From NCBI RefSeq assembly GCF_009914755.1, contig NC_060943.1: DNA of 64,000 bases. One strand, written 5' to 3'. Below, one piece after another: positions 1-16,819 of this stretch. This DNA comes from the human T2T-CHM13v2.0 reference genome, Homo sapiens. Below the pieces are notes generated by a model. That model did not search any database and was not told the DNA's origin. It saw only the letters and a program-made list of their open reading frames with translations. How positions within the stretch are numbered: position 1 is the first letter of the stretch; each line of letters starts with the position of its first letter. Position numbers and translations under genes: made by a program.

Positions 1-624
1 TTCTTCCCCCACAGCAAACATTCCAAGTCCCCCTTAGGACAAAGACGCTGTTCCCCAAGCTGGTTTTCCAGGACCTTCTCACCTCATTGCTCACCATCCC
101 CAATCCTGCGCTCTACACGCCAGCACACCAGGCCCTCAGCAGCCCCCAGGCCTTCTCAATTTCTATGTTCCCCTTGCCTAGCATGCTCCCCTCCTCCTTT
201 GCTTGTTGCCTCTTCTTTGTCCTAAAGGGCTCAGCTTGGTTAGCCTCTCTTCTGGAAGTCTCCCTCTCCCTTGAGCCATGGCCCCGCGCTTGTGTTCCCA
301 CATGAGCTGTGAGGCCTCCATCTCAGCGCATAACTACAGTCACAATGACCCACAATGACTGAGCCCCGACTGAGGGCTGGGCCCAGTTCTGAGCAGCGTA
401 CACGTGTTATCTTCTAACTCAGATATTTCTGTGCGGTAGGTGCTGTCATTATCATCATCTCTACAGATAAAGCAACCTAAGCTCAGAGAAGGTCAGTCAT
501 TTGTCCCAGGTCATACAGCCAGTGGATGGTGGACCCGTGCTCTTAACCACAACACTAAGACCAGAGCTGTTGTAAGGATGACTACCTTGGATGGGAATCC
601 AAGTGGGGAGAAAGGCAGGCGACT

Positions 625-902
625 GGCTGGGTGCGGTGGCTCACGCCTGTAATCCCAGCACTTTGGGAGGCTGAGGCAGGCGGATCACGAGGTCAGGAGT
701 TTGAGACCAGCCTGGCCAACATAGTGAAACCCCATCTCTACTAAAAATACAAAAATTAGCCAGGCATGGTGGCAGGCTCCTGTAGTCCCAGCTACTCAGG
801 AGGCTAAGGCAGGAGAATCGTTTGAACCCGGGAGGCGGAGGTCAGTGAGCCGAGATCATGCCACTGCACTCCAGCCTAGGCAACAGAGCGAGACTATGTC
901 TC

Positions 903-933
<31 letters not shown>
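625..933 (+). mobile_element. Full-length AluS with 16-bp TSD
   Basis: GGCTGGGTGCGGTGGCTCACGCC...poly-A. TSD AGAAAGGCAGGCGACT at 609-624 and 934-949. Confidence 0.95.
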
Positions 934-934
<1 letters not shown>

Positions 935-969
935 GAAAGGCAGGCGACTGGGGGCCCGTGTGTTCTCAC

Positions 970-1096
970 CTGTGCGACGCTTCGGAATCCCTGATGGGGA
1001 ACTGTCCATGGGAGAGGTGTCAGAGAGGGAAGCATTGTTCTCAGGAGATGTGGCAGGACGGGGCGGGGAGACCTGTGAGCAGTCCAGGGCAGGCTT
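970..1096 (-). CDS. LIG1: LIG1 exon 5 ([43 protein letters not shown]); gene continues left of window
   Basis: 127 nt, TTCCAG| and |GTGAGA. Frame continuous with exon 4 (cumulative CDS 370 nt). Confidence 0.95.
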
Positions 1097-1326
1097 CTGG
1101 AAGAGGAAAGAACAGTTCTAGAGTGAGCGGGGGAAGGAGGGACCCCATTTTCCAAAAGTTGAGAGTAGAGGGGACTGAAACCTCTCTGTCTACCCTCCTT
1201 TCTGACCCTATGGTCTCAGCCCTAACTCAGGGGTGGCCTCTTCTCACCTGGGCCATCATCCCGCCCTCCAGTGCAGGATCATGGTCCCATCAAGGACCCC
1301 CATAGCTCTTCTGTTTTCTACAGTAA

Positions 1327-1801
<475 letters not shown>

Positions 1802-1806
1802 TTCTC

Positions 1807-2197
1807 TCCATACAGTTTAGATGTTTGTTCCCTCCAGATCGCATGTTGCAATTTGGTCTCCAATGTTGGAGGTATGACCTGGCGGGAGGCATTCAGGTCA
1901 CGTGGGCAGATCCCTCATGAATGGCTTGTACCCTCCTTGTGGTAGGAACCGAGTTCTTCCTCTCCTGGTTCACATGAGAGCTGGTTGTTTAAAATTCCTC
2001 TCTTGCCATGTGACACACCTGCTCCTCCTTCACCTTCCACCATGACTGGAAGCATCCTGAGGCTCTCACCAGAAGCAGATGCTGGCACTATACTTCTTGT
2101 ATAGCCTGCAGGACCGTGGGCCAAAATAAACCTCTTTTCTTTATAAATTAACTGGTCTGAAGTATTCCTTTATAGCAATGCAAAATGGACTAACATG
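1807..2197 (+). mobile_element. MaLR solo LTR (MSTB-like)
   Basis: GCAGATCCCTCATGAATGGCTT ... AATAAACCTCTTTTCTTTATAAATTA ... CAAAATGGACTAACA. Confidence 0.8.
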
Positions 2198-2479
2198 CAT
2201 TTCCTGGTTCAAATAACATCCACTTAATGTTGAGTGGGGTGCCCTCCTCTTCCTGTTGGCAGAATATGGATGTTCACAGGGACAAGGGCATCTACAGAGA
2301 GCAAATGACAGCACAGAGGAAGCCTCCTGGGCCTCTGACCCTGTGAGACGGTCACATGAATCCCGGACTCTGCACTCAGGAGAGAGAAAAATAAGTTTGC
2401 GTCTTGCCTAAGCCACTGCTACCGTGTCTCGGTTTCAACCACTCACTTATCTTCTTACAGGGCCCTGTGCCAGTTATTA

Positions 2480-3311
<832 letters not shown>

Positions 3312-3429
3312 TGAGCCATCGTGCCTGGCCAGATGAATATTTTAAACACTGCCCAGGACTAAATGATCTCTGCCTCTCTTCTGCCCAAAACTCTTCCTAG
3401 CTCCCCAGAAGCCTCAGGGTAAAGTCTAA

Positions 3430-4208
<779 letters not shown>

Positions 4209-4860
4209 GGTGGTGAGGAAAGTTTCGCTGAGGAAGTGATATCTGAGCAAAGCATGGAAGAAAGCAGGGGACTGAGCCAGGCGTGTATCTGGGAAAGAGA
4301 GTTTTAGGCTGGGAAAGAAGGTAGTGGCCCAGAGGTGGAAGTGCACCTGGTGGGTGTGGGAAGCCAGGATGGAGTGAGCTGAGGAGGAGCTGTGGATGCG
4401 GCTGCAGATGTGATGGGCGGGGGAAGAGAGGAGCAGCAGGAGGGGCCTGGGAGGTTTCCACAAGGCCTGGCTTTGGCCTGTGGTGGTAATACCAGGGGGT
4501 TTGGGCAGGGAGTCACAGGACCTGACCTCACCACTGACAGAATAAGCAGCACCACGCTTTGGACATCATCCACAAAGCAATGAACAAGCATTAAATGACT
4601 TAAACAGGGGAAGAGAGTGGTCCAATGTATTTGGAGAAGTTAAAAAGCCCTCTGACCACAGGAGAGGCTAGATATACTTTTGAACCCTTATTTTTTTGCT
4701 TTTTTTTTTTTGAAGCAAGGTCTTGCTCTGTCACCCCGGCTGGAGTACAGTGGTACAATCACAGTTCACTGCAGCCTTGAACACCCGGGCTCAAGCGATC
4801 CTCCTGCCTCAGCCTCTCAAGGAGATAGCACCACAGGCATGCACCACCACACCTGGCTAA

Positions 4861-4998
<138 letters not shown>

Positions 4999-5332
4999 TG
5001 AGCCCTTGTTTTACCATCAGGCATTATTCTCAGATCTGTATGTAAATCGACTCATTTCATCTTCCCAGTCACCCTATGAGGAAGGTGTTACCAGGAGCTG
5101 CATGTTACAGTTGAGGCATCCAAGACCTAACGTGGTGAAGGAGCCCACCCGAGGTCCTAGGGCAGGGGCAATTAGGACCAGGTTGTGTCTGCCCCCGACA
5201 CAACCAGGAAACACATCTACCTCTCCCGGGCAATTTCTCCAGAATTCTCCTGAACAGCTGCTGCACTCTGTTCCAAAGGTTAATGGGAATTAGTTTCTTC
5301 TGGTAAAAATGGGCAGGGTGATGGGGACCTAC

Positions 5333-5468
5333 CTGGCCTTTAGCAGGGCTAAGGGCTTCATCCTCCTCTTCCCCTTCGCTGCCCAGGACCCGGGCCGCCT
5401 TCCTCCCTGGCCTCTTCACCGGAGAGTCACTCTCGGACACCACTCCATTCCACTCCTTCAGTGCCGCC
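5333..5468 (-). CDS. LIG1: LIG1 exon 4 ([45 protein letters not shown])
   Basis: 136 nt, TTCCAG| and |GTAGGT. Peptide in ORF 5105..5503. Includes the S51/S66/S76 phosphosites. Confidence 0.96.
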
Positions 5469-5787
5469 CTGGAAGGTGGGGAAATGGGGGTGTAAAGGGG
5501 CAACTACAGCAGGCAGAGTGGGGGCACTGCCCGCAAACACTTTGGTTTCTTTGCTGTTTCCTTCCCTTCCTTTCAAGCATCCAATGAACATTTTCTGGTT
5601 GTCTCCTCAGCAAATCTCATCATTTCATCCATCAGTGCATTAATCCACCCGCCCACTCATCCACTCACCCACCCATCACACATCTCTGGAAGTCTCCAGA
5701 GTGCCTGCCCTGTGATGGGTGATGCTGAGGAGCAAATGGAGTCCCTGCCTAAGGTTGCCATTAGTCTCCAGCATCTATTGGGATGCC

Positions 5788-5909
5788 TTTTTTTTTTTTT
5801 TTTTTGAGATGGAGTCTTGCTCTGTCGCCCAGGCTGGAGTGCAGTGGGCCGAGATCACGCCATTGCACTCCAGCCTGGGTGAGAGTGAGACTCCATTTCA
5901 AAAAAAAAA
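5788..5909. mobile_element. Chimeric fold-back Alu (antisense 3' end fused to sense 3' end)
   Basis: Poly-T, antisense Alu tail, junction at TGCAGTG, sense Alu tail, poly-A. Confidence 0.88.
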
Positions 5910-6223
5910 GAGTACTGTTGTCTTCTACTTAGATGAGACAGCATCAAGACGTGGCCAGTGGCCAGCGGCCAGCTTCTCTGCATTATGGAGAATGTCTGGT
6001 TCTAGAACGAGGCCAAGACCTGCAGAAACAGAGACGTACAGACAACTCCGAGGCCCTGGATCCAGCTGTGCCTGCAGCTGCTCTTGCTCTTGGACTTCTG
6101 GCCACCTGGCTGAAAAAGTTTTTTGGGCCCCAAGACATTTTGCATTAGGTTTGAACACTTGCAACCAAGACAATCCTGACTGCTAAAGGAAAAAATTCAC
6201 CATATCCCAGCCCTGTGACATAC

Positions 6224-6313
6224 TTTGGAGGGGGCTCCGTCTCTCTGCTGCTATTGGATGCCTCCTTCTCAGGCTTCTTTGCTTTACCCTCTTTCTTGGG
6301 GTGGAAAAATGAC
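6224..6313 (-). CDS. LIG1: LIG1 exon 3 ([30 protein letters not shown])
   Basis: 90 nt, CTCTAG| acceptor and |GTATGT donor, phase 2-2. Peptide visible in ORF 6145..6360. Confidence 0.96.
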
Positions 6314-6317
6314 CTAG

Positions 6318-7925
<1,608 letters not shown>

Positions 7926-8761
7926 TGTTGGAAGGCGTGAACATTAAAAAAAAAATCTGGTGAAATCTGAATAATAAAGTATGGAGTTCAGTTAAGAGTA
8001 ATGTACTGACATTAGTATCTCAGTGGTGAGAAACGGATCATAGTAATGTATGATATTGACAATGGAAACTGGCCAAGAGTATACAGGACCTCTCTGTACT
8101 GTCTTTGCAACTTTCCTGTACCTCTAAAATTATTCCAGAATAAGAGGTTTATTTAATCTTCAAAAAGAAAAGGAAAAATCATGCAAAAGCCAGTGGACAG
8201 AAAGCAATCGAAGGCACCATCAGCCCTGGAGAGACAATCCCCAGATTCCTCATCACGGGAGAAAAACGGAACCCAGCATTTGTGTAAGCCACTACCGCCC
8301 AGGTTTCTGGGATGGATGCCCTTGTCTGGGTCTCTCTACCATCCATTTTTTCCTCCTGGTAACAGCCCCTCCGTTTTCCTCTTGGGATGCTTCTTACCCC
8401 ACATTCTCTCAGTACACACGATTTGAGTGGGCTGGCCCTTTTGCCTGTGACCAGGGGTGGACACGTGATCCAGGCTGCATCCCTGTGGCTGGTTCAGGGA
8501 TAGGTATGTGGCCCAGGCTGGGCCAGTGAAACTGGGCTCTAACACCCTCTTTCCAAGGGGACCGCTAAGAGGGGAGAGCCCGCCTGAGGGTGAGGACAAC
8601 CTCAAGGACAGTAGAGCTGAACAATGGAGAGAGACAGATTCCCAGGGAGGAAGTTTTGGCAACTGGATCGAACCAAGCCTGAGGCTGTTTACTCCAGCAG
8701 GTTTCAATGATATAAGTCAAGTCATGCCCTTTCTTGTCTTCCTGAAGCCGGACTGCATTAA

Positions 8762-9291
8762 CACGAGGTTTCTCAACCTAGACACTATTGACATGTTGGG
8801 CCTGATGGTTCTGTGTTGTTGGGGGGGCTGTCCTATGAATTGAAGGATGTTTAGCAGCATGCCTGGCTTTTAGCCACTAGATGCCAATGGCAAACCCTCT
8901 GTCCCTAGGTTGTAACAACCAAAAATATCTCCAGACACTGGCCGGGCGCCGTGGCTCACGCCTGAAATCCCAGCACTCTGGGAGGCCGAGGTGGGCGGAT
9001 CACGAGGTCAGGAGTTTGAGACCAGCCTGACCAACGTGGTGAAACCCCGTCTCTACTAAAAATACAAAAATTAGCCAGGCGTGGTGGCACGTGCCTATAA
9101 TCCCAGCTACTCAGGAGGCTGAGGCAGGAGAATCACTTGAACTCATGAGGCGGAGGTTGCAGTGAGCCGAGATTGCGCCACTGTACTCCAGCCTGGGTGA
9201 CAGAGCAAGACTCCAACTCAAAAAAAAAAAATCTCCAGACGCTGCCAGATGTTCCCTGGGGAGCAAAATTGCTGCTGACTGAGAACCACTG
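8762..9291 (+). mobile_element. MER20 (hAT-Charlie) carrying an Alu (8940-9231, +), itself inside an old MLT1-type LTR
   Basis: GGTTTCTCAACCT..CACTATTGACAT..GGATGTTTAGCAGCAT..AAAATATCTCCAGACA..GAGAACCACTG. Alu TSD ATCTCCAGACRCTG. Confidence 0.8.
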
Positions 9292-9510
9292 CGTTAGGGT
9301 TTCTGCTCCTTGCAACTAAAAACTGTTGTTCAATACACTGTCTTCCATATCCCACGGCTCATTTTCCATACTACTTGACTCCTGGAAATTCCAACTCAAA
9401 ATCTAACGTAAGGGTTTTTGTTTGTTTGTTTGTTTTTTTAAGTACAGATTTAGAGAAAGAAACAGAGGACTTGGAGAAGGAAAGACTCAGGGGCAAGGAA
9501 GGGTGCTCAC

Positions 9511-9527
9511 ATGATACTTCGCTGCAT
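9511..9527 (-). CDS. LIG1: LIG1 exon 2 coding part (MQRSI-M); whole exon 9511-9584
   Basis: Minus strand GCCAAC ATG CAG CGA AGT ATC AT|GTGAGC. Acceptor TTCTGTTCCAG| before 9584. N-terminus of DNA ligase I. Confidence 0.95.
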
Positions 9528-10048
9528 GTTGGCGTCAGAATTCTCCCTTCCTGTCCAGCACTTTTCTTCGTCTGTCAGCTGCTCCTGGAACAGAAATCCA
9601 AACACTTGTTGAGGTGATTGGTTGTGCAGAGATCTAAACACACATAAAACCCTTTCTTTAAGAAAGAAAGAAAAAAAAAAAACAGAAACATGAATTTCCC
9701 CTTCAAAAAGAAACTCCTGTTTTTATGAACCAAAATAATTTGCTGGTGAGATTTACTGGTGCAGAATAAAAGCTCCAAATCAGAGAAAAAGATAAGAGGC
9801 CTCCTTTACCATAAGAAGACTGTTTTTCATCTAATATGAGGAATAGACTGAGGACCTGAAATGGGTTTTTTTGGAGTTAAGTTTAAAGGTTAGTGAAAAA
9901 TTGTTTTAAGGTGATGACATAATTCCGTGAAACAACTGTGGAAGCTTATAAAATTGTACCCGCTGGTCTACATAAACTAGCTCTTGGGCAGTTTCTAAGG
10001 TATGCTGTTATTTCAAACAAAGGGCAGAATATCACAGAGTGTGTGCTA

Positions 10049-11823
<1,775 letters not shown>

Positions 11824-12689
11824 AAACTCAGCAATTTCCAAACAGAGTTTCTCAGGGCCAGTTGGGGAGCAGGAAGTAAGCAATGCTTCAACCAAACAGT
11901 TCACACAGAAAGCAGGTTAGGGACTTAGCCACCAAAATCCTGAGGGCAAAGGAGAAAACTATTACGATCCCTCCTGAGTGCTCAACTGCCTAGGTACTTG
12001 ACATTCTCAATTATACTGACTCTCCACAACAACTCTGTTACAGAAACTAAGGCACAGAGGGGTTTTCAAAGGAACTTAACCTGCATCTATAGTACGTTCC
12101 ACCCCAAGTCGGCCTGCTCCACAGCTCACCTCTTAACCACCAGACTGAGTTGCAAGGGAAGGAGAAATACATAAGCGTTTACTGGGAAGCCTACTCTATG
12201 CCTGACAGGCTGATCACATTCTCAAATACCCTCAATCCTCAAGTCAGCCCTCCAAGACAGGTGAGATCATCCCCACTTTATAGATGAAGGTACTGAGGAC
12301 AGAGGAGCATAGCTGGGGTTCAGGCAAGGCTTCAAAACCCGGTGTGGCTGGCTCCAAAGCCCACGTTCCTTTCTCCTTACCACGGTACTCAAGGCTGGCT
12401 TCTCAACTCTGTGTACTGCTGAGTTGGGGGGAACAAACTGGTTGATGCCTCTGGAGGACCACCTGGCGTCTCTATCGGAACGGCAACCCCACTTCTGTGT
12501 ATTTGGCCCACAGAGACCCTCACAGGTGGACCAAGTGAGGCACAAAGTTACCTGCTGCAGCACTAACTGTAATGAGAGAAGACTGGAAACTGGTGGAATG
12601 TCTACCCTTAGGGAACTGGTTCCCTCATTACTGGAATACCATATGGTAGAATATTGTTCAGGGTTAAAATTAAATGAATGATGGATAAA

Positions 12690-13460
12690 AGGTATAGGAG
12701 TTTTTTGGGGGGATGATAAAAATATCCTAAAATCGATTATGGTAATAACTGCACAACTCAGCGCATACACTGAAAACCACTGACTTGTACACTTTAAATG
12801 GGCACTTTAAATACACTGAAATACACTTTAAATACACTGAAAACCACTGACTTGTACATTTTAAATGGGCAAAATTGTACACTTTAAATGGGCAAACTGT
12901 ATAATTGTGAATTATATCTCAATAAAGCGGTTACCAAAATGAAGAGATAATGACAGGAAAAATATCAAGTAAGGATGAAACAGTACTCAGTAATAAAAAG
13001 AAACGAAGCACTGATACAAGCAACAACTTGGGTGGACCTCCAGGGCATTGTGCAGAGTAGAAAAAAGGTAACATCCTAATAATATATGATTCCATTTACA
13101 TAACAATCTCCGAATGACAAAACTAGAGATGGTGAACACATTAGCGGTTGCCAGGGGCCTGGGGAGGAGTTCTTATGTGGAGAGGGAACTGTTCTATATC
13201 ACAATTACGATGGGGGTTACACAAATCTATACAAGGAATCAAGCTGCACGGGCACACAGATGCACAATCACACTCACACCACACAAACTGGTGAAAACTG
13301 AACAAGGTCTGTAATCTAGTTAACAGAACTGTATTGATGTCAATTTCCTGGTTTCGATATTGGGACTACATAAGATGTCACCATTAGGGGAAGATGGATA
13401 TACTCTTTTCACAACTTCCTTGAATCTATAATTATTTCAAAATAAAAAGTAAAAACAAGA
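12690..13460 (+). mobile_element. Old L1M (L1MB/MC/ME-type) 3' fragments
   Basis: AAAACCACTGACTTGTACACTTTAAATGG, GATTCCATTTACATAACA, TCTATAATTATTTCAAAATAAAAAGT. Confidence 0.7.
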
Positions 13461-13652
13461 GGTAAGCTCCATCCCTTTATCAAGCATACATTAGGCCAGA
13501 CGTCTCCCCATTCAGATGATTCTCCATCTTTTACGAGCCCTTTACCTAGACCTGGACCTTACCACTGACCTCTCCCTGACACCACCCATCTCCCTCCAGT
13601 AGGGCCCACTCCTTCCAGGTGATGCTGCTGCCCGCGATTTACCTTCTTCTAG

Positions 13653-13960
13653 CCCCGCCCCCTCAGCACTTCCAGGTGGCCCCCGCCCCCTCAGCACTTC
13701 CAGGTGGCCCCCGCCCCCTCAGCACTTCCGGTTCCCAGCCAGCCCCACCCTTGGCACCTCCCCCTTCCAGGTGGCCCCGCCCACACGCAATCTTTTCCCC
13801 GGCCCCGCCCCTTAGCTCCCTTCAGCCCCTCCCCCTCCCAGATAGCCCCGCCCCCTCGGGGGGCCTTCCGATTTCCAGCTGGCCCCGCCCACACAGTTTT
13901 TCCCCCCCCCCGGCCCCGCCCCTCAGTTCCATTTGGCCTCTCCCCCTTCCAGGTGAACTC
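13653..13960. repeat. 28-bp GC-box minisatellite in LIG1 intron 1
   Basis: CCCCGCCCCCTCAGCACTTCCAGGTGGC exact at 13653-13680 and 13681-13708, partial to 13729, then degenerate copies to ~13960. Confidence 0.9.
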
Positions 13961-14231
13961 GCACCTCAAGGCCTCTTCTCAGAGGACCTGTCCAACTGTC
14001 TCTGTCTCTCGTCTACCCTCTACCTGGCCCCCCTCCCTCTGGGAGACACCTCTCTGCACTCTCCGGCGGCCCGCAGCCCGCGCTCTTCCGTCTCCACCGC
14101 GCTCTCGGCAGCCTCAGCGTCCCCACGCCCACTCCTCTGCAGACACCCCGACATGGCGAAGCATAGGCCCCAAGCATTCGGCGCACCCGCCACCCTCCGC
14201 CTCCCATCTGCTTGCGGACGGCCCCACTTGC

Positions 14232-14335
14232 CTTGCGTTGGTCCCGCGCGCCGCTGCCCGGGCAACACACTCAGATCCGCCAGGCGCGCCTCTGCAGTCC
14301 CAAGTTCGCGCCACGGCATTCGCGCGCAGACGTCT
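14232..14335 (-). other. LIG1: LIG1 exon 1 (5'UTR, non-coding); upstream boundary approximate
   Basis: CpG-rich segment ending ...GGACCAACGCAAG|GCAAGT (GC-type donor, otherwise consensus). Joined to exon 2 it gives the LIG1 5'UTR as I recall it (..CGCAAGGAGCAGCTGACAGACG..). TSS not determinable from sequence. Confidence 0.8.
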
Positions 14336-14669
14336 GCGGGCGGGGGCGGGGCAGAGCCTAGGGGCGGGACCTGGGCACCGTCCGCACCGCCGCCGTCGCG
14401 CGGAGGACACTGGGAGTCGTAGTCTCCCGAATGGGAGGAGGGCGGGAAAAGGGGTGAAGTGGGGCGAGCCCTCCCGCAGAGCACACTGGGAAAATGCCCG
14501 CGCTTTCCCTCGCCCTGGATGAGCGGGTGTGGCTGAGGGTCTGAGGAGTGACTGGCAGGGAAAGAGGAGGAATCGGTGGAAGCGCCCCCGCGAGGCACGG
14601 CGGGAAGAGAGGCGGGAGACCGCGCGGGGCATCCCGGGAGCAAGGGCCGGGCCAGGCCTGGGCGCGGGG

Positions 14670-14705
14670 CATTGTGGGAGGTGGACGCCGCTCCGGGGCG
14701 GGTAG
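14670..14705 (+). other. ZSWIM9: ZSWIM9 exon 1 (non-coding); start approximate
   Basis: Strong donor GTAG|GTGAGT at 14706 inside the CpG island, upstream of the exon 2 acceptor. Confidence 0.65.
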
Positions 14706-15793
14706 GTGAGTGGGGAGGGGCGGGAAGGGTGCACATCTTGGGGAGGGGAGAGGCACAGCTAGGTGGGACGGCGGGGCTGGAAGGTGCCGCAGCGGGCGGG
14801 GAGGGGGGGAGTAGGAGGGTCGGGAGCGGGCTGGATGGGGCTGCTCGAGGGGAGACGCGCAGCTGGACGTGGGGGGAGCATCTGGGGTGAAGGAGCCCAT
14901 CCGAGGACGAGGGGCCATGTCTAGAACGAAGATGCATATTGCGGGGGATGGTGGATGTAACTGGGAGGAGGGGCCCACAGCTGGACTGGGGGCCGCATCT
15001 GAGGAGGAGGGGACCACAGGTGAATACTGGTGACACTTCCGAGGAGAACTAGCCACAAGTGGGGCACACACCTGTAGGCGAAGCGTGGATAACTGCATGT
15101 GGGGAGTACATCTGGAGATGAGAGTGTCTCAGGGAAGCCCCAGCTACAGCTGCATGTGGCGAGCCATAGGGTCATAATCGGGGGAAGGGGCAACAGCTGC
15201 ACGCCAGAGGCACATCTGGGGAGTGCGGAGCCACAGGTGCATGAAGCATGTGACCGGGTGAGGGGTCCGTGGCCTGGATGTGGGAGCACATCTGGAGATG
15301 GAGCGTCTTTGGAGGGGTTACAGCCAACTGTTGGCACATGGAAGGAGGAGTTCCAGATGAATACGAGAGTTAGAAGTTACTCTTGGGTGAGAGACACAGC
15401 TGGAAGGGGAGGAGGTTTTAGCTGGAATTTGAGAACACATTTGAGGAGATGTCCTTAAGGGACATCTGAGCTTAAGGGTCGTATTTTGGGAGGAGAGATT
15501 CCAACTGTACCTAAGGGTCACATCTGCGGAGGAGGAGACGAGTTGGAATTAGGAATCAAGATGACAGGCTCCAAGTGAACCAGGGATAAGGCGGTGGGAG
15601 GAGGCCAAAGATAGGATGGAGGTTGATATTTATATATTTGGAGAAAAACAGGCACGTCCGACCCCGGGCTACCCACCTCGATAGAGGCACCAGCAACCGA
15701 CGGGGCAGGCCAAGAATGGAGTAGATGAGATACCCCGGGTGGGAATGGGTCTGATATCCACCTGTTCTCCCCTCCTCCACGCAGGCCCCCAGG

Positions 15794-16068
15794 ATGGAGC
15801 GGCCGGAGCCCCCACCCGGCACGGCTGCGGGGCAGGAGGAGCAGGAGCTGCGGGAGCGGGCCTTCTTCTCGTGGGCCGAGTTCAGCCGCTTCTTCGACGC
15901 GTGGTGCCAGCAGCGGCTGGCGCTCTTCTTCGTCAAGAGCTCCATGCACCTGGCGCGCTGCCGCTGGGCCAGTGCGCCCCCGCTCTACACGCTCATCGAC
16001 GTGCTCAAGTACAGCTACGTGCGGCTTGTGTGCAAGGACGTGCGTGCGCCCAGCCGGCCCGCCGTGGG
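15794..16068 (+). CDS. ZSWIM9: ZSWIM9 exon 2 coding part (aa 1-92); exon starts 15785
   Basis: Acceptor CCTCCTCCACGCAG| and Kozak [17 protein letters not shown]...[21 protein letters not shown], donor |GTGCGT, 275 nt (phase 2). Very high GC3. Confidence 0.92.
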
Positions 16069-16465
16069 GTGCGTGAACCTGAGCCGCTGTCCTGCTGGGG
16101 GGAAGGGGAGCACCGGGGGTGGGTGTGGGTGGGAGACGGGCAGAGAACACCCCACCCAGAGATGCAGAGGGGGAGAGGCCAACTGAGGCAGCCAAATACA
16201 CCTTGCAGAGAGGCGGGAGTCAAGGAGGGACATGTACTGAGAGAAGAAGAGGAGCTAGAGAGACAAAGATACTCACGGAGCAAGAGATGGTGTGGGCCCG
16301 ACTTACAGACTTTTTTTTTTTTTTCGAGATGGAGTCTCGCTCTGTCGCCCAGGCTTGAGTGCAGTGGTGCCATCTGCAGCCTCCACCTCCTAGGTTCAAG
16401 TGATTCTCCCGCCTCAGCCTCCCGAGTAGCTAGGACTACAGGCACCTGCCATCATGCCCGGCTAA

Positions 16466-16819
<354 letters not shown>

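Larger units (their letters stand above)
14050..14900. promoter_or_regulatory. CpG-island bidirectional promoter shared by LIG1 (-) and ZSWIM9 (+)
   Basis: High CpG density. GC boxes at ~14342-14350 and 14361-14369. E2F-like TTCGCGCC at 14305-14312. ZNF143/THAP11-type GACTACGACTCCCAG (minus) at 14410-14424. YY1-like ACATGGCG at 14151-14158. First exons diverge about 340 bp apart. Confidence 0.88.

Noticed and set aside
13619-15337. Many long overlapping ORFs (200-340 aa) on both strands over the CpG island
   Set aside because: Pro/Arg/Gly/Ala-rich products expected from stop-poor GC-rich DNA; no domain signal or splice logic.
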